DNA of 42,797 nucleotides from an uncultured Candidatus Saccharibacteria bacterium (GCA_964577025.1 CAZNVT010000004.1:1-42797), one strand, 5' to 3'. Counted from the stretch's first letter, positions 1 through 9,577 are shown. The notes: generated by a model not told the origin, from the letters alone. Numbers and translations are program-made.

Positions 1-3000
1 AGTGCTCTTCTGGGTGAGCCAGTAGTCTGCAGAGGTTGTTGAGTAGAAGTTGGTGGTGGTCTTCCAGTAGTCTGCGGAAGTGGTGCTGAAGGATGTTCCT
101 CCACCATTTACAGAGAGGAAGTATGTTGCTGATGTGGTTGAGAAGAAGTAACCCTTGTCGATAGTAGAGAGATGATAGAGCGCGCTGGTTGTAGCAAACT
201 TTGTGTTAAACGTATTCCAGTCAGTAGATGAGAGGAATCCTGGAGTGCTTGCGCTCGCCTTTTGTCCGTTTGTGTAATCAAGTGACACTACACCGCTTGT
301 GGTATCAAAATCGTTCGCAGTGAACGATGAGACGCCCTTGGTACTGCCGTCAGCCACGGCGTCTCCCACTGAAAGTGATCCTGCAGAGAATGAAAGCGGT
401 GAAGAAATAGATACAGAAGTCACTACGCCTGAACCATTTGCGTACAAGAGAGCGTTTGAGAGTCCCGCGAGTGACAGTACGCCTGCAGAGCTAAACGTGC
501 TTGTGGCGGTGCCACCAAAGTAGCTGGTACCAAACACAGAAAGCTGCGTCGTAGATGCTCCTGCAGTGAACTGCTGTAGCGCTCCCCATCGATTTACTGT
601 TGTAGTCCCGAACGCAAGTGAGACGGTATTGCCCGAGTTAGTAAGTGGGTAGGTAAATGCGAGTGTTGCCTGCTTGTTGTTGAATGTTGCGAAGTCAGCG
701 CTCGAAAGATATCCGTCAGCAGACACCGATGCCTGTGGGAGTGAGAACGCGCCGGTGGAATTGTTGTACGCGAGTGGCGCTACTGCAGAAAGAAGTCCGC
801 GAACATATCCATCAGTAGGTCCGTTTAGGGTGTTGCCACTCCAAGAAAGGTTTGTTCCCGCAGTGATGCGAGATGACGGTGTTGTGTAGAAACTGCTCCA
901 CTCGGTGCTGCTGGCGGTAAGAGGAACATTGTATCCAGACGTAAGTGAAAGCACGCCGGTGCCGCTGGTGTAGGTGAGGCCCGTGACCGTAGAAGAAATA
1001 GCTGCGCGAGCACGTGCATCGGTGTAGTACTTGTTCGTGCTTCCCTCTGCAAGCGCGTCGGTGGTCGTTCCTGCGATTGCTGCTGCGACACGTGCGAGCG
1101 TGTAGTACAGATTTGAACCTTCCGTAATTCCTGTAGTGGTTAGTCCAAGAGAAGAAGTCGCAATTTGTGTGAATCCAGTTCCCGATGAGTTTCCAATTAG
1201 GAGTCCGTCAGCAACAACTGATGAGATACCAGTACCTCCTCGACTTGCTGCAAGAGTTCCCGTCCATCCTGGAGTGAATGTGTGCACGCTTCCACTTGAA
1301 GTAATGCGGAGTGTGATGTTTGCGTCTGTGGAAGTTGCGAACACCTGTGTATTTGATGTAAGTCCATTCAGCAATGTAAGTCCGGTTCCTCCACTACCGC
1401 AATCAGTTCCCGTCCCGCTTATGACACCGTTTGTGTCTACGTGAAGACACTGAGTCGCTCCCGTGATGCCAGAGAGCGTGAGCGTGCCGCCAAGCGTGAC
1501 ATCACCCGAAACAGAAAGCGTTCCTCCAAGAGAGGTGTTCCCAGAAATACTGAGTGTGGTGCCCGAAATACTCGTTGCTGCGACAGTTCCGCCAGATAGG
1601 TTTGTAGCAGTATCGCTCGTTGCGCTTGAGCTTGATGATCCACCCGAAGAGCGGCCGCGGGTGTGAATGTTGTCGAGGTTCCGAGCAAATAGCTCAGATA
1701 CACGAGAGATTTCAGCGTCCACGTACTCACGAGTAGCGCCCGTAGTAGTGATGTATGTTGTTGGATACACATTGCGCACTACACTACCGCCCGTAACGAG
1801 CGCCACAGGAGCGGTCGCCACAGCCTCGGCAGGACGAGTCGTACCCGTTGAAGTAGTCTGCGCAGGCACCACAGCAAGGCTAGTGCTCTTGGTACCAAAC
1901 GACGGCACGAGACGCGCGAAGAAGTCTCGAACAGGAGCGCTGAACGCGACACGATTATTCGCGAGTGCTGCAAGTGGCGAAGCAAGTAGCGATGAAGGAG
2001 CATTCACAGACTCAGAAACAAACGCAATAGCGCGCGCTCCTGTAGACACTGATGAGTGTGTTCCGGCACGAAGTGCAAGTCGTAGTGGCTCCGCTGAAGA
2101 AAGCACTGCATCACCTAGTGCTACCTGTCCGCCCGTTACCGCTTGTGCGATACGTGGAGCAACCTCTACGTAGTTCTCTACTTCTTGGTCATACACTGAT
2201 GGTGCACCGACAATGATAGTTGCAAGACCTGATGCAAGACTGTCACCGAGGTTGACTGCACTCATTGCGACACGCACAGGCGTCACCGTCAGCGCATCGC
2301 GGGTGGTGGCCCCAAATGCAATCAAAGCTCCCTCAGGTGAGAACGTATTCTCTGCCACGGTGCGCGTAGCCTTCGGAGCGGCGGTTCTTACGTCACCGAC
2401 AACAGAAGTACGAACGAGAGCTGGTTGAGTAAGTGAGTCTACGAGGGCAAGAACATCACCCACTGCGCTCGACGACTCCACAACGTGGGAAGGAAGAACA
2501 GTTTCTGAAGTACTCGGCAGTAGAGCCGCGCGATCCGCCATAGCAACCAACTCGCCGTGTGCACCAGTGAAGCTAGAAACAGTAGCTGAAGCAACGCTAG
2601 AAACTATTCCTGAAGTCGAGAAGGCAAATGCTGAGCCAAAAATACCAAAGGTGAGCACAAGCGCTGCAAGTGGCGAAGTCGCAAATGCCTTGTTTGACAA
2701 AAATCCAACAGATAGCGAAGTAAATCTAACAAGTGCAGGTGCTGGAGAGACTGCCTGAAGAGCTGCACGGTATTCAACTTCACGCTCACGAGCAAGTGAC
2801 TCTGCAAACTCACGCTTCTTCTCTGTCTGCTCCTGCACAAAACTCTCGAGAGATGTTCGCGAAACAAACCACATACGACCAACCTGCTTCGCCTCCAACT
2901 TTCCTTCACGACAAAGGCGAGAAAGGTAATCCGAATGATACCCAGATTGCTCTGAAGCCTCCTTAGTTGAGATGAGATTGTTTTCTGCGAAAGGATCCAT
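1..3000 (-). CDS. Giant membrane-anchored surface protein with N-terminal excisionase/MerR-type HTH; C-terminus runs off the left edge (partial, >=1000 aa)
   Basis: Not in the ORF track because no stop lies in the window. Plus-strand triplets 1-3,4-6,...,2998-3000 contain no tta/cta/tca (checked line by line). That gives 1000 sense codons on the minus strand from ATG 3000-2998, with an in-frame TAG upstream at 3019-3021. The N-terminus MDPFAENNLISTKEASEQSGYHSDYLSRLCREGKLEAKQVGRMWFVSRTSLESF is paralogous to the HTH of 3448-4260. There is one hydrophobic span, SPLAALVLTFGIFGSAFAF (~2620-2676). The remainder is S/T/G/A-rich, with GYLSSADFATFNNK (673-714), GFLSSTDWNTFNTK (199-240) and STTSADYW repeats near the edge. 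Confidence 0.78.
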   Translation of the reverse strand, partial: MDPFAENNLISTKEASEQSGYHSDYLSRLCREGKLEAKQVGRMWFVSRTSLESFVQEQTEKKREFAESLAREREVEYRAALQAVSPAPALVRFTSLSVGFLSNKAFATSPLAALVLTFGIFGSAFAFSTSGIVSSVASATVSSFTGAHGELVAMADRAALLPSTSETVLPSHVVESSSAVGDVLALVDSLTQPALVRTSVVGDVRTAAPKATRTVAENTFSPEGALIAFGATTRDALTVTPVRVAMSAVNLGDSLASGLATIIVGAPSVYDQEVENYVEVAPRIAQAVTGGQVALGDAVLSSAEPLRLALRAGTHSSVSTGARAIAFVSESVNAPSSLLASPLAALANNRVAFSAPVRDFFARLVPSFGTKSTSLAVVPAQTTSTGTTRPAEAVATAPVALVTGGSVVRNVYPTTYITTTGATREYVDAEISRVSELFARNLDNIHTRGRSSGGSSSSSATSDTATNLSGGTVAATSISGTTLSISGNTSLGGTLSVSGDVTLGGTLTLSGITGATQCLHVDTNGVISGTGTDCGSGGTGLTLLNGLTSNTQVFATSTDANITLRITSSGSVHTFTPGWTGTLAASRGGTGISSVVADGLLIGNSSGTGFTQIATSSLGLTTTGITEGSNLYYTLARVAAAIAGTTTDALAEGSTNKYYTDARARAAISSTVTGLTYTSGTGVLSLTSGYNVPLTASSTEWSSFYTTPSSRITAGTNLSWSGNTLNGPTDGYVRGLLSAVAPLAYNNSTGAFSLPQASVSADGYLSSADFATFNNKQATLAFTYPLTNSGNTVSLAFGTTTVNRWGALQQFTAGASTTQLSVFGTSYFGGTATSTFSSAGVLSLAGLSNALLYANGSGVVTSVSISSPLSFSAGSLSVGDAVADGSTKGVSSFTANDFDTTSGVVSLDYTNGQKASASTPGFLSSTDWNTFNTKFATTSALYHLSTIDKGYFFSTTSATYFLSVNGGGTSFSTTSADYWKTTTNFYSTTSADYWLTQKST

Positions 3001-3020
3001 GTCGTTCAACCGAATTAACT

Positions 3021-3052
3021 ATAAGAATACTACTCAAATCGGATATTCTTAT
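3021..3052. promoter_or_regulatory. 9-bp inverted repeat ATAAGAATA-N14-TATTCTTAT just upstream of the ATG at 3000; possible operator
   Basis: Perfect arms at 3021-3029 and 3044-3052, read directly from the sequence. They lie 21-52 nt upstream of the start codon in an AT-rich spacer. The function is guessed. Confidence 0.2.
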
Positions 3053-3338
3053 GTATTCGTGTGGGGATATCTTTTACAAAAAAATTACTCGCAGTTCATC
3101 AAAAAATTCTTGAGTGCACACGCAACAAAGACGTCTCACTGCACACGTCAGACACGTACAAATAAGTTGCAGTGATTGACGCGGTATTCCCTTCAATAAG
3201 GATCTCTAGTACTTCGCGCAAGCGCATACAGCACGCGTGTACGAGCGCACAGACTACAAACCAAGTAATACCTGCACACTACGTGCACTACTAAAACTTG
3301 TACGGCAATTAGCACGCAGATCCTACCCAAACAGACAC

Positions 3339-3379
3339 AAAGAAAGGGGAGTCGCGCTATTCGCGACTCCCCTTTCTTT
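3339..3379 (-). terminator. Intrinsic terminator downstream of the 3448-4260 gene
   Basis: Perfect 18-bp stem AAAGAAAGGGGAGTCGCG (3339-3356) / CGCGACTCCCCTTTCTTT (3362-3379) with a 5-nt loop. A/T tracts lie on both sides. It sits ~70 nt after the stop at 3448. Confidence 0.7.
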
Positions 3380-3447
3380 GTTTAATCTATATATAGGATA
3401 GATAGTTTATTGAGCTGTTCTCGCCGAGACGAGATATGGCCCACTTA

Positions 3448-4260
3448 TTATTTATTTATGAACTCTGATTCACCACCGAGATACTGCACGGTGCTTAATA
3501 GCCATCCATCCAGGTGATAGTTTTGAGTCAGCACGTCCCCTACTACTCCGCTTCCTAGCACTGCCGCAACGATGGACACCGTAATGGCGAACACGCACAG
3601 TGCTCGCGCAAGAGAGTAATGAAGCACGTTTGGCCTAGCTGACGATGCTGGTGCCTCTTCTGTGTACTGTTCAGTTTCGTATGTAAGCGGTGCTTCGTTA
3701 CGGTACAGAGCTTCAGGAGCTTGGTTCGAGGTGTATGGCGTACTCTCATAGTATTCTTGGGGCTCTGGAACGCGCGATATATGCACAGTCTCCTCCTGTG
3801 TTTCGGGCTCTTGGTCTACCTCCTCCTGCATAACCACTACTTCCTCATCCTGCACAGGAGCAGACGCAGCAGGTTGCGCAGCAAACCATTCCTGCCACGC
3901 GCTTTGCATCTCAGAAACGACGCGCTTTGCGCTTTCTGTGTCTGGATTCTTGAGCAGTACCGGCACAACAGGCTCCTGAACCTGCGCTTCGTACACTGGC
4001 TGCGACCACGAGTCAGTAGTAGATACCATCTCTGACTTATCTGAAAGCGCCTCTACGGGCCCCTCTTGTGCTTCCTCTCCTACCCCAAACCGATGTTCCA
4101 GTATTGAGGCCTCCAACACGTACCAGTTCCTTCCAACGAGGCGAGCCTCTACACGCCCTTCTCGACAAAGCTGACCAACGTAATCTTTTGCATATCCAGT
4201 AATTTTGGCCGCGCGCTTTGACGAGATGTACACCTTGTCACCAATGGTTAGTTCATCCAT
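3448..4260 (-). CDS. Membrane-tethered HTH protein (excisionase/MerR-type HTH, acidic linker, C-terminal TM helix)
   Basis: 270-aa ORF. The N-terminus YISSKRAAKITGYAKDYVGQLCREGRVEARLVGRNWYVLEASILEH matches the HTH_17-type pattern and the N-terminus of the 1-3000 protein. The middle is E/Q/P-rich. There is a hydrophobic span ALCVFAITVSIVAAVLGSGVVG near the C-terminus. Confidence 0.8.
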   Translation of the reverse strand: MDELTIGDKVYISSKRAAKITGYAKDYVGQLCREGRVEARLVGRNWYVLEASILEHRFGVGEEAQEGPVEALSDKSEMVSTTDSWSQPVYEAQVQEPVVPVLLKNPDTESAKRVVSEMQSAWQEWFAAQPAASAPVQDEEVVVMQEEVDQEPETQEETVHISRVPEPQEYYESTPYTSNQAPEALYRNEAPLTYETEQYTEEAPASSARPNVLHYSLARALCVFAITVSIVAAVLGSGVVGDVLTQNYHLDGWLLSTVQYLGGESEFINK

Positions 4261-4266
4261 ACAACA

Positions 4267-4272
4267 ATTATA
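4267..4272 (-). promoter_or_regulatory. Candidate -10 box TATAAT only 6 nt upstream of the ATG at 4260 (near-leaderless transcript?)
   Basis: The minus strand reads ...TTCCAT-17 nt-TATAAT-TGTTGT-ATG. The -10 is perfect, the -35 is poor, and there is no SD. Confidence 0.3.
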
Positions 4273-4345
4273 TGGGTATCTCGCCTCGTATGGAAGAGCC
4301 AGATTTTATCTCTGTGCGTATTGGTGCACACTCTATTACAGCAAC

Positions 4346-4376
4346 AAAAAAGCCGAGCATTAGTGCCCGGCCTTTT
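4346..4376 (-). terminator. Intrinsic terminator of gatB
   Basis: On the minus-strand RNA the hairpin is AAAAGGCCGGGCA-CUAA-UGCUCGGCUUUUU followed by UUUUUUGUUG. The two imperfect positions are G-U on the minus strand but A-C on the plus strand, which assigns the hairpin to the minus strand. It starts 23 nt after the gatB stop. Confidence 0.75.
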
Positions 4377-4398
4377 CGCACATCTATCAAACTGCCTC

Positions 4399-5835
4399 TT
4401 ATGAAGCCTTCTCGAGCTCTGCGGCGAGCAACTCTCGCAGTATCGTCGGGTTGCCCGAGCCCTTGCTAGCCTTTATGGACGCTCCGACCAAGAACTGCAA
4501 GGATGACTCCTTGCCGGCGTGATACTCCGCAACTGCCTCTGGGTTTGAGCTCAGCACCGTCTGCACGAGAGGCAGCAAGAGCTCAGGGTCGCTTACCTGT
4601 ATGAGTCCAGCGTTCGCAGCAATTACTCCAGGGTCCTCTGTGGCTCCTTCGAGCATTGCGAGTAAGACGTCCTTTGCTCCACGTGAAGACAGCGCTCCTT
4701 CGCCGATGAGTTCAATGAGTTTGGTGAATGCTGCAGCATCAAGTCCTTCATACTCTTCCTTCTCCTGCTGTTTCGCATACCAGCCAGCCACGTCTGATAC
4801 AAGGTAGTTTGCAGCAAGTTGTGAACGTGCACTGTCGCTGTGAAGCGCGTTGGCAACCGTATCAAAGAATGCACCGCGGGCTACACCGTCTGCAAGGTAT
4901 GCACAGGTCTCTGGCTTAAGGCCAAGCGCTGCGTACCGGTCGCGCTTTTCCCACGGGAGCTCGGGTAGACCAGCCCGTAGGTTCTCCTTTGAGAACTCAG
5001 GGATCTGTGAGAGGAATAGCTTTGGAATGTCAGGCTCAGGAAAGTAACGGTAATCAGAGGCACCCTCCTTGAGGCGCTGAGAAAATGTCTGCTGCTTGTT
5101 TTCGTCCCACCCTCGTGTCTCCTTTACCAGTGGCTCCCCTTTCTGAAGGAGCTCTATCTGGCGTGCCACTTCGTAGGCAATCGCTCGTTCGACGGCGCGA
5201 AACGAGTTTATGTTTTTTACCTCCACATATGCTGTAGAGGGTATATCGGTCTCTGATACAGAAATATTTGCCTCGATACGCATTTCTCCTTTTTCTAGGT
5301 TTGCCTTTGACACACCCAACGTGCGCAGCAGGAGTTGTAGTTCACGTGCAAAATTACCAGCAGTCTGCGCGTCGTGAATGACCGGCTCTGTGACAAGCTC
5401 CATAAGCGGAACGCCTGCTCTATTGAAATCCACAATACTTTTTCCAGGCTCTCCGTCGTGTGAAGAGCGCGCCGTGTCCTCCTCTAGGTGAATGCGCGTA
5501 ATAGCGACTCCTGCAAGCTCGCCACCTAACACGAGTGGATACTTGTACTGACTAATTTGATACCCCTTTGGAATGTCTGGGTAGAAGTAACTCTTTCTAT
5601 CAAACTCGGAGAAATCAGCGATGGTCCCTCCGATGGCGGTACCGACGCGAAGCACGTGGGCGATGGCACGTTTGTTTGGCACCGGAAGCGTCCCTGGGTG
5701 CGCCATACAAATGGGACAGATATTGGTATTGGGCTCGGCGTTGTGCGGCGCGTTTACGCACGAGCAAAACATCTTTGTTTCGGTGTCGAGTTCCGCGTGA
5801 ACTTCAAGACCAATAGTGGTGCGGTAATCCTTCAT
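4399..5835 (-). CDS. gatB: Asp-tRNA(Asn)/Glu-tRNA(Gln) amidotransferase subunit B
   Basis: 478 aa. MKDYRTTIGLEVHAELDTETKMFCSC...CPICMAHPGTLPV plus the C-terminal YqeY/GatB tail are hallmark GatB sequence. Confidence 0.97.
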   Translation of the reverse strand: MKDYRTTIGLEVHAELDTETKMFCSCVNAPHNAEPNTNICPICMAHPGTLPVPNKRAIAHVLRVGTAIGGTIADFSEFDRKSYFYPDIPKGYQISQYKYPLVLGGELAGVAITRIHLEEDTARSSHDGEPGKSIVDFNRAGVPLMELVTEPVIHDAQTAGNFARELQLLLRTLGVSKANLEKGEMRIEANISVSETDIPSTAYVEVKNINSFRAVERAIAYEVARQIELLQKGEPLVKETRGWDENKQQTFSQRLKEGASDYRYFPEPDIPKLFLSQIPEFSKENLRAGLPELPWEKRDRYAALGLKPETCAYLADGVARGAFFDTVANALHSDSARSQLAANYLVSDVAGWYAKQQEKEEYEGLDAAAFTKLIELIGEGALSSRGAKDVLLAMLEGATEDPGVIAANAGLIQVSDPELLLPLVQTVLSSNPEAVAEYHAGKESSLQFLVGASIKASKGSGNPTILRELLAAELEKAS

Positions 5836-5883
5836 AGCTCTATGTTCCTATGCTAGCACTGCGCGTGAACCGGTACCAGCACG

Positions 5884-6870
5884 CTAGCTCGCACTTGCTT
5901 CTGTGCGCAAACGCTTTGTGAGGGTGTCGGAAAACTGCTTGAGGAGCTCATCATCTATCACCGAGAGCGGGAGCACGCTCACCCCAGCAGCCTTCTCGAG
6001 GGCAGCCTGCACCTTTGTCACCTCACCAGGCTCTAGCACATCCACTTTTGAGAGGACCAAGAGTTCGGGCTTTTCATCGAGTCCCCTACCGAACGCGGCA
6101 AGCTCTTCCCGTATGGCCCTATAGGCTGCAATTGGGTCATCTTGTTCAGCCGAGACAAGATGTACAAGTAATCCGGTACGCTCAATATGCTTGAGGAAAC
6201 GAGAACCAAGCCCCTTCCCTGACGAGGCACCCTCAATAAGTCCAGGAATGTCTGCGAGAACATACCCAAAAAACTCACCGAGATGTGGGTCGAGTGTTGT
6301 AAACGGATACGCGCCAACCTTTGAGCGAGCTCGCGTAAGCGAGTTTAGGAGTGAGGACTTTCCAGCATTTGGAAATCCTATAAGTCCTGCGTCGGCTATG
6401 AGCTTTAGACTAATGCGGATATCCCCTGCTCCTCCAGCCTTGCCCGGGGTTGATTGCTCGGGGTTTTGGTTTACGGAGCCCTTGTAGTGAGCATTTCCCC
6501 ATCCACCCATACCTCCACGAAAAAGCACCTCCTGTTGACCCTCTGCGAGAATTTCATATACCTCACCCGTGGTGGTAAGTGTCGCTACCGACCCAACAGG
6601 GACCTTGAGCACGACCGGTTCTCCGTCCTTACCGTGACGATCGTTTCCTTCTCCCGAGCCCCCGTTCTCGGCACGGAACTTCTTGGAATAGCGGTAATGA
6701 GCAAGCGCGCCCAAGTCGCGGACACCCTCAAGAATCACGTCCCCGCCGCGTCCTCCGTCTCCACCCGCAGGACCCGCCTTGTCCTTTCCCTTGAGGTGTA
6801 GCCACCGGACAACGCCAGCACCGCCGTGGCCGGCCGTTGCGTGTATGTGTAGCTCATCAATAAATGCCAT
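5884..6870 (-). CDS. obg: GTPase Obg/CgtA
   Basis: 328 aa. It has the N-terminal glycine-rich Obg fold (FIDELHIHATAGHGGAGVVRW..GGDGGRGGDVIL), a G1 motif GFPNAGKSSLLN and a G3 motif DIPGLIEGAS. Confidence 0.97.
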   Translation of the reverse strand: MAFIDELHIHATAGHGGAGVVRWLHLKGKDKAGPAGGDGGRGGDVILEGVRDLGALAHYRYSKKFRAENGGSGEGNDRHGKDGEPVVLKVPVGSVATLTTTGEVYEILAEGQQEVLFRGGMGGWGNAHYKGSVNQNPEQSTPGKAGGAGDIRISLKLIADAGLIGFPNAGKSSLLNSLTRARSKVGAYPFTTLDPHLGEFFGYVLADIPGLIEGASSGKGLGSRFLKHIERTGLLVHLVSAEQDDPIAAYRAIREELAAFGRGLDEKPELLVLSKVDVLEPGEVTKVQAALEKAAGVSVLPLSVIDDELLKQFSDTLTKRLRTEASAS

Positions 6871-6906
6871 AGTGACCTCACCCTACCACAGATGTCTTCA
6901 TTATAT

Positions 6907-6948
6907 AAGACAGTAGCCACACACCTTTTGGTGTGCGGCTACTGTCTT
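6907..6948 (-). terminator. Hairpin terminator after secA, immediately upstream of an obg -10-like TATATAAT
   Basis: 19-bp arms at 6907-6925 / 6930-6948 with loop TTTT. The single mismatch is A-C on the plus strand and G-U on the minus strand. Confidence 0.65.
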
Positions 6949-6965
6949 CCTCTTGTATCTCTACC

Positions 6966-9479
6966 TTACTCAACTACCCTCCATCCTTCCGAAAGGAGTG
7001 GTTCTGCCTTTTTGTATTTAAGCGTTTGAGTTTCCTCTCCCTTCTGGATAGTAACCTCGTCATTCCTTCCATAGACCGTCGTGTGCACGAGAGTAGTCGG
7101 AGTCGAGTCGCCTTCACTTGCTGCGACTATCTGCGCGCGCGTCTTCTCTTCTTCCTTTCGGATTCTAGAGTCATCGGCCACCACCATATGCGGGAGCGCC
7201 TCTGCAACCTGCGCGCGTATGGCGCGCTGCATAGCCGTAAACAACGCTAGGCCCTCACGACGGTACTCAATAAGCGGATCGCGCTGCCCATAGGAACGCA
7301 GCGACACTGAACGGCGCAGGTGCTCCATCGTATCGAGATGCTCAAGCCAAAAGGCATCCGTGACCTGTAGTACCAGCCGGCGCATAAGCGGCGCGAACGC
7401 TTCCCCAAGTTCCTCGCGCTTAGTTTCAAAGGCTTCAACTCCACCAGGAATATCCGTGACCAGTTCCTGTACGAGTGCGAGTATGTCCTCATCGGTACCG
7501 ATAAGTGCGGTGCGGCGCTCAGCATATATTGCCAGGCGCTGTGTGTTGAGCACGTCGTCATACGCGAGTACTTGCTTGCGGGAATCAAAGTTAAATCCTT
7601 CAATTCGCTTTTGTGCGGTCTCGAGTGACTTCGTAATCATTCCACTTTCGATAGGTTCGTCCTCCGGTATCTTGAAGGTGCCCATCACGTTGCGGATCAT
7701 ATCCGACGCAAACACGCGCATCAGCTTGTCCTCGAGCGACACATAGAAGCGTGTCTCTCCTGGATCTCCCTGTCTACCTGAGCGACCACGTAGCTGATTA
7801 TCAATGCGACGAGCCTCGTGTCGCTCCGTACCCAATACCGCAAGCCCGCCCAACTGGCGAATCTCTTCTCGCTCTTCAGGGGTCGCTAGTGGGCCACCAA
7901 GCTTGATGTCGACACCGCGACCAGCCAGGTTTGTGGCAACCGTTACCTGCCCACGCTTACCAGCACCAGCAATAATCTCTCCTTCGCGTTCGTGGTTTTT
8001 TGCGTTCAGTACTTCGTGAGGAACGCCCTCTTTGCGCAGGTGCTCGCTCACTACTTCGTTGTCCTCAATAGAGACCGTTCCAACCAGAATTGGTTGACCC
8101 TTTTCGTGAATAGCTTTTATGTTTCGTGCGAGCGCCGCAAGCTTTCCGTCGACACTCTGGAAGATGAGGTCATCATAGTCCTTTCGAGCTACCGGACGGT
8201 GAGTCGGCACGACAACAACATCAAGCCCGTACACCGTAAAAAATTCCTCCTCTGACGAGAGTCCGGTACCGGTCATACCTGCAAGCGCCTTATACATACG
8301 GAAGAAATTTTGGAATGTCACGCTCGCATAGGTGCGTGACTCCTTCTGTACGGGAACACCCTCTTTGGCTTCCACAGCCTGATGCAACCCTTCACTCCAT
8401 CTGCGTCCTGGTTGCAGGCGACCAGTAAATTCGTCCACAATGACCACCTCTCCATCCTTAATCACATACTCTTTGTCCTTCTGAAAGAGTGCGCGTGCAC
8501 GAACGGCAGTATCGAGGAAGTGCGCGTAGCGCATACCACCCTCGGCATACAGGTTCTCAATCCCAAGCGCGCTCTCTGCCTTTCGAATACCCTCTTCCGA
8601 TATCTGAACCGCCTTTTGCTTTTCGTCGACCGTGTAGTCTTCTCCCGCACTAAATGAAGAAACAATGCGTGCAAATCTCTCGTACAAGTTATCAGACTCG
8701 CCAGCAGGTCCTGAAATAATAAGTGGTGTGCGTGCTTCGTCGATAAGAATTGAGTCGATTTCGTCCACCACCGCAAAGTGGTGCCCACGCTGAACTATTT
8801 GTGACTGATCGTACGCTGTGTTGTCGCGCAGATAGTCAAACCCGAGCTCGTTGTTTGTGGCGTAGGTAATATCAGCAGCATACGCTTCTCGCTTTGATAC
8901 CGGGCGCAAGAAATCATAGAAGACCTTATAGGATCCGAGCGCATCGCGTTCACTGTCCTCCTCCCTAGTTTGATGAGATGCGTCATATATATAGGACTCA
9001 CCAGACACCACTACGCCAACTGACAGTCCAAGGTAGCTGTAGACCTGCCCCATCCACGCGCCGTCACGACGAGCAAGGTAATCATTCACCGTCACAACGT
9101 GTACGCCCTTGCCTGCAAGGGCGTGAAGCGTGACGGGCAGTGTGGCCACAAGGGTCTTACCTTCACCGGTACGCATTTCTGCAATGCGCTTACGAGAGAG
9201 AGCGAGACCTCCAATAAGCTGTACGTCGTAATGTCGCTCAGACAGTGTACGAGCTGCGGCCTCGCGCACGAGTGCAAAGACCTCTGCCACATCCTGATCT
9301 TTTGTGGGAACACCCTGTGTGCGTGCGCGCACCGCCTCTAAACGCTCAATAAGCGCCTCCTGACTTAGGAGGGTCAACTCCTCTTCAAGAGCCTTTGCGT
9401 ATGCGATTACTGGCTGCGCCTCCTTAAGGAACGAAGCTGACTGATTTTTAGTAAAAAGGTTACCCAGGAATGAGGCCAT
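6966..9479 (-). CDS. secA: Preprotein translocase ATPase SecA
   Basis: 837 aa. It carries MRTGEGKTLVATLP (Walker A), DEIDSILIDEARTPLIISG (DEAD-like), TNLAGRGVDIKLGG and other canonical SecA blocks. No C-terminal zinc-finger tail is present. Confidence 0.98.
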   Translation of the reverse strand: MASFLGNLFTKNQSASFLKEAQPVIAYAKALEEELTLLSQEALIERLEAVRARTQGVPTKDQDVAEVFALVREAAARTLSERHYDVQLIGGLALSRKRIAEMRTGEGKTLVATLPVTLHALAGKGVHVVTVNDYLARRDGAWMGQVYSYLGLSVGVVVSGESYIYDASHQTREEDSERDALGSYKVFYDFLRPVSKREAYAADITYATNNELGFDYLRDNTAYDQSQIVQRGHHFAVVDEIDSILIDEARTPLIISGPAGESDNLYERFARIVSSFSAGEDYTVDEKQKAVQISEEGIRKAESALGIENLYAEGGMRYAHFLDTAVRARALFQKDKEYVIKDGEVVIVDEFTGRLQPGRRWSEGLHQAVEAKEGVPVQKESRTYASVTFQNFFRMYKALAGMTGTGLSSEEEFFTVYGLDVVVVPTHRPVARKDYDDLIFQSVDGKLAALARNIKAIHEKGQPILVGTVSIEDNEVVSEHLRKEGVPHEVLNAKNHEREGEIIAGAGKRGQVTVATNLAGRGVDIKLGGPLATPEEREEIRQLGGLAVLGTERHEARRIDNQLRGRSGRQGDPGETRFYVSLEDKLMRVFASDMIRNVMGTFKIPEDEPIESGMITKSLETAQKRIEGFNFDSRKQVLAYDDVLNTQRLAIYAERRTALIGTDEDILALVQELVTDIPGGVEAFETKREELGEAFAPLMRRLVLQVTDAFWLEHLDTMEHLRRSVSLRSYGQRDPLIEYRREGLALFTAMQRAIRAQVAEALPHMVVADDSRIRKEEEKTRAQIVAASEGDSTPTTLVHTTVYGRNDEVTIQKGEETQTLKYKKAEPLLSEGWRVVE

Positions 9480-9524
9480 AGAAATAGTGGTTGTATGGCC
9501 ACTATACCGCGCAAAACCTATAAA

Positions 9525-9555
9525 TAGAAGAACCTCCCGGAGGGAGGTTCTTCTA
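9525..9555 (-). terminator. Intrinsic terminator between the small Lys/Ala-rich ORF and secA
   Basis: Perfect 14-bp stem TAGAAGAACCTCCC (9525-9538) / GGGAGGTTCTTCTA (9542-9555) with loop GGA. A T-rich tract follows on the minus strand. Confidence 0.7.
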
Positions 9556-9577
9556 TAAAAAGTGTTCCGTAAGGAGA

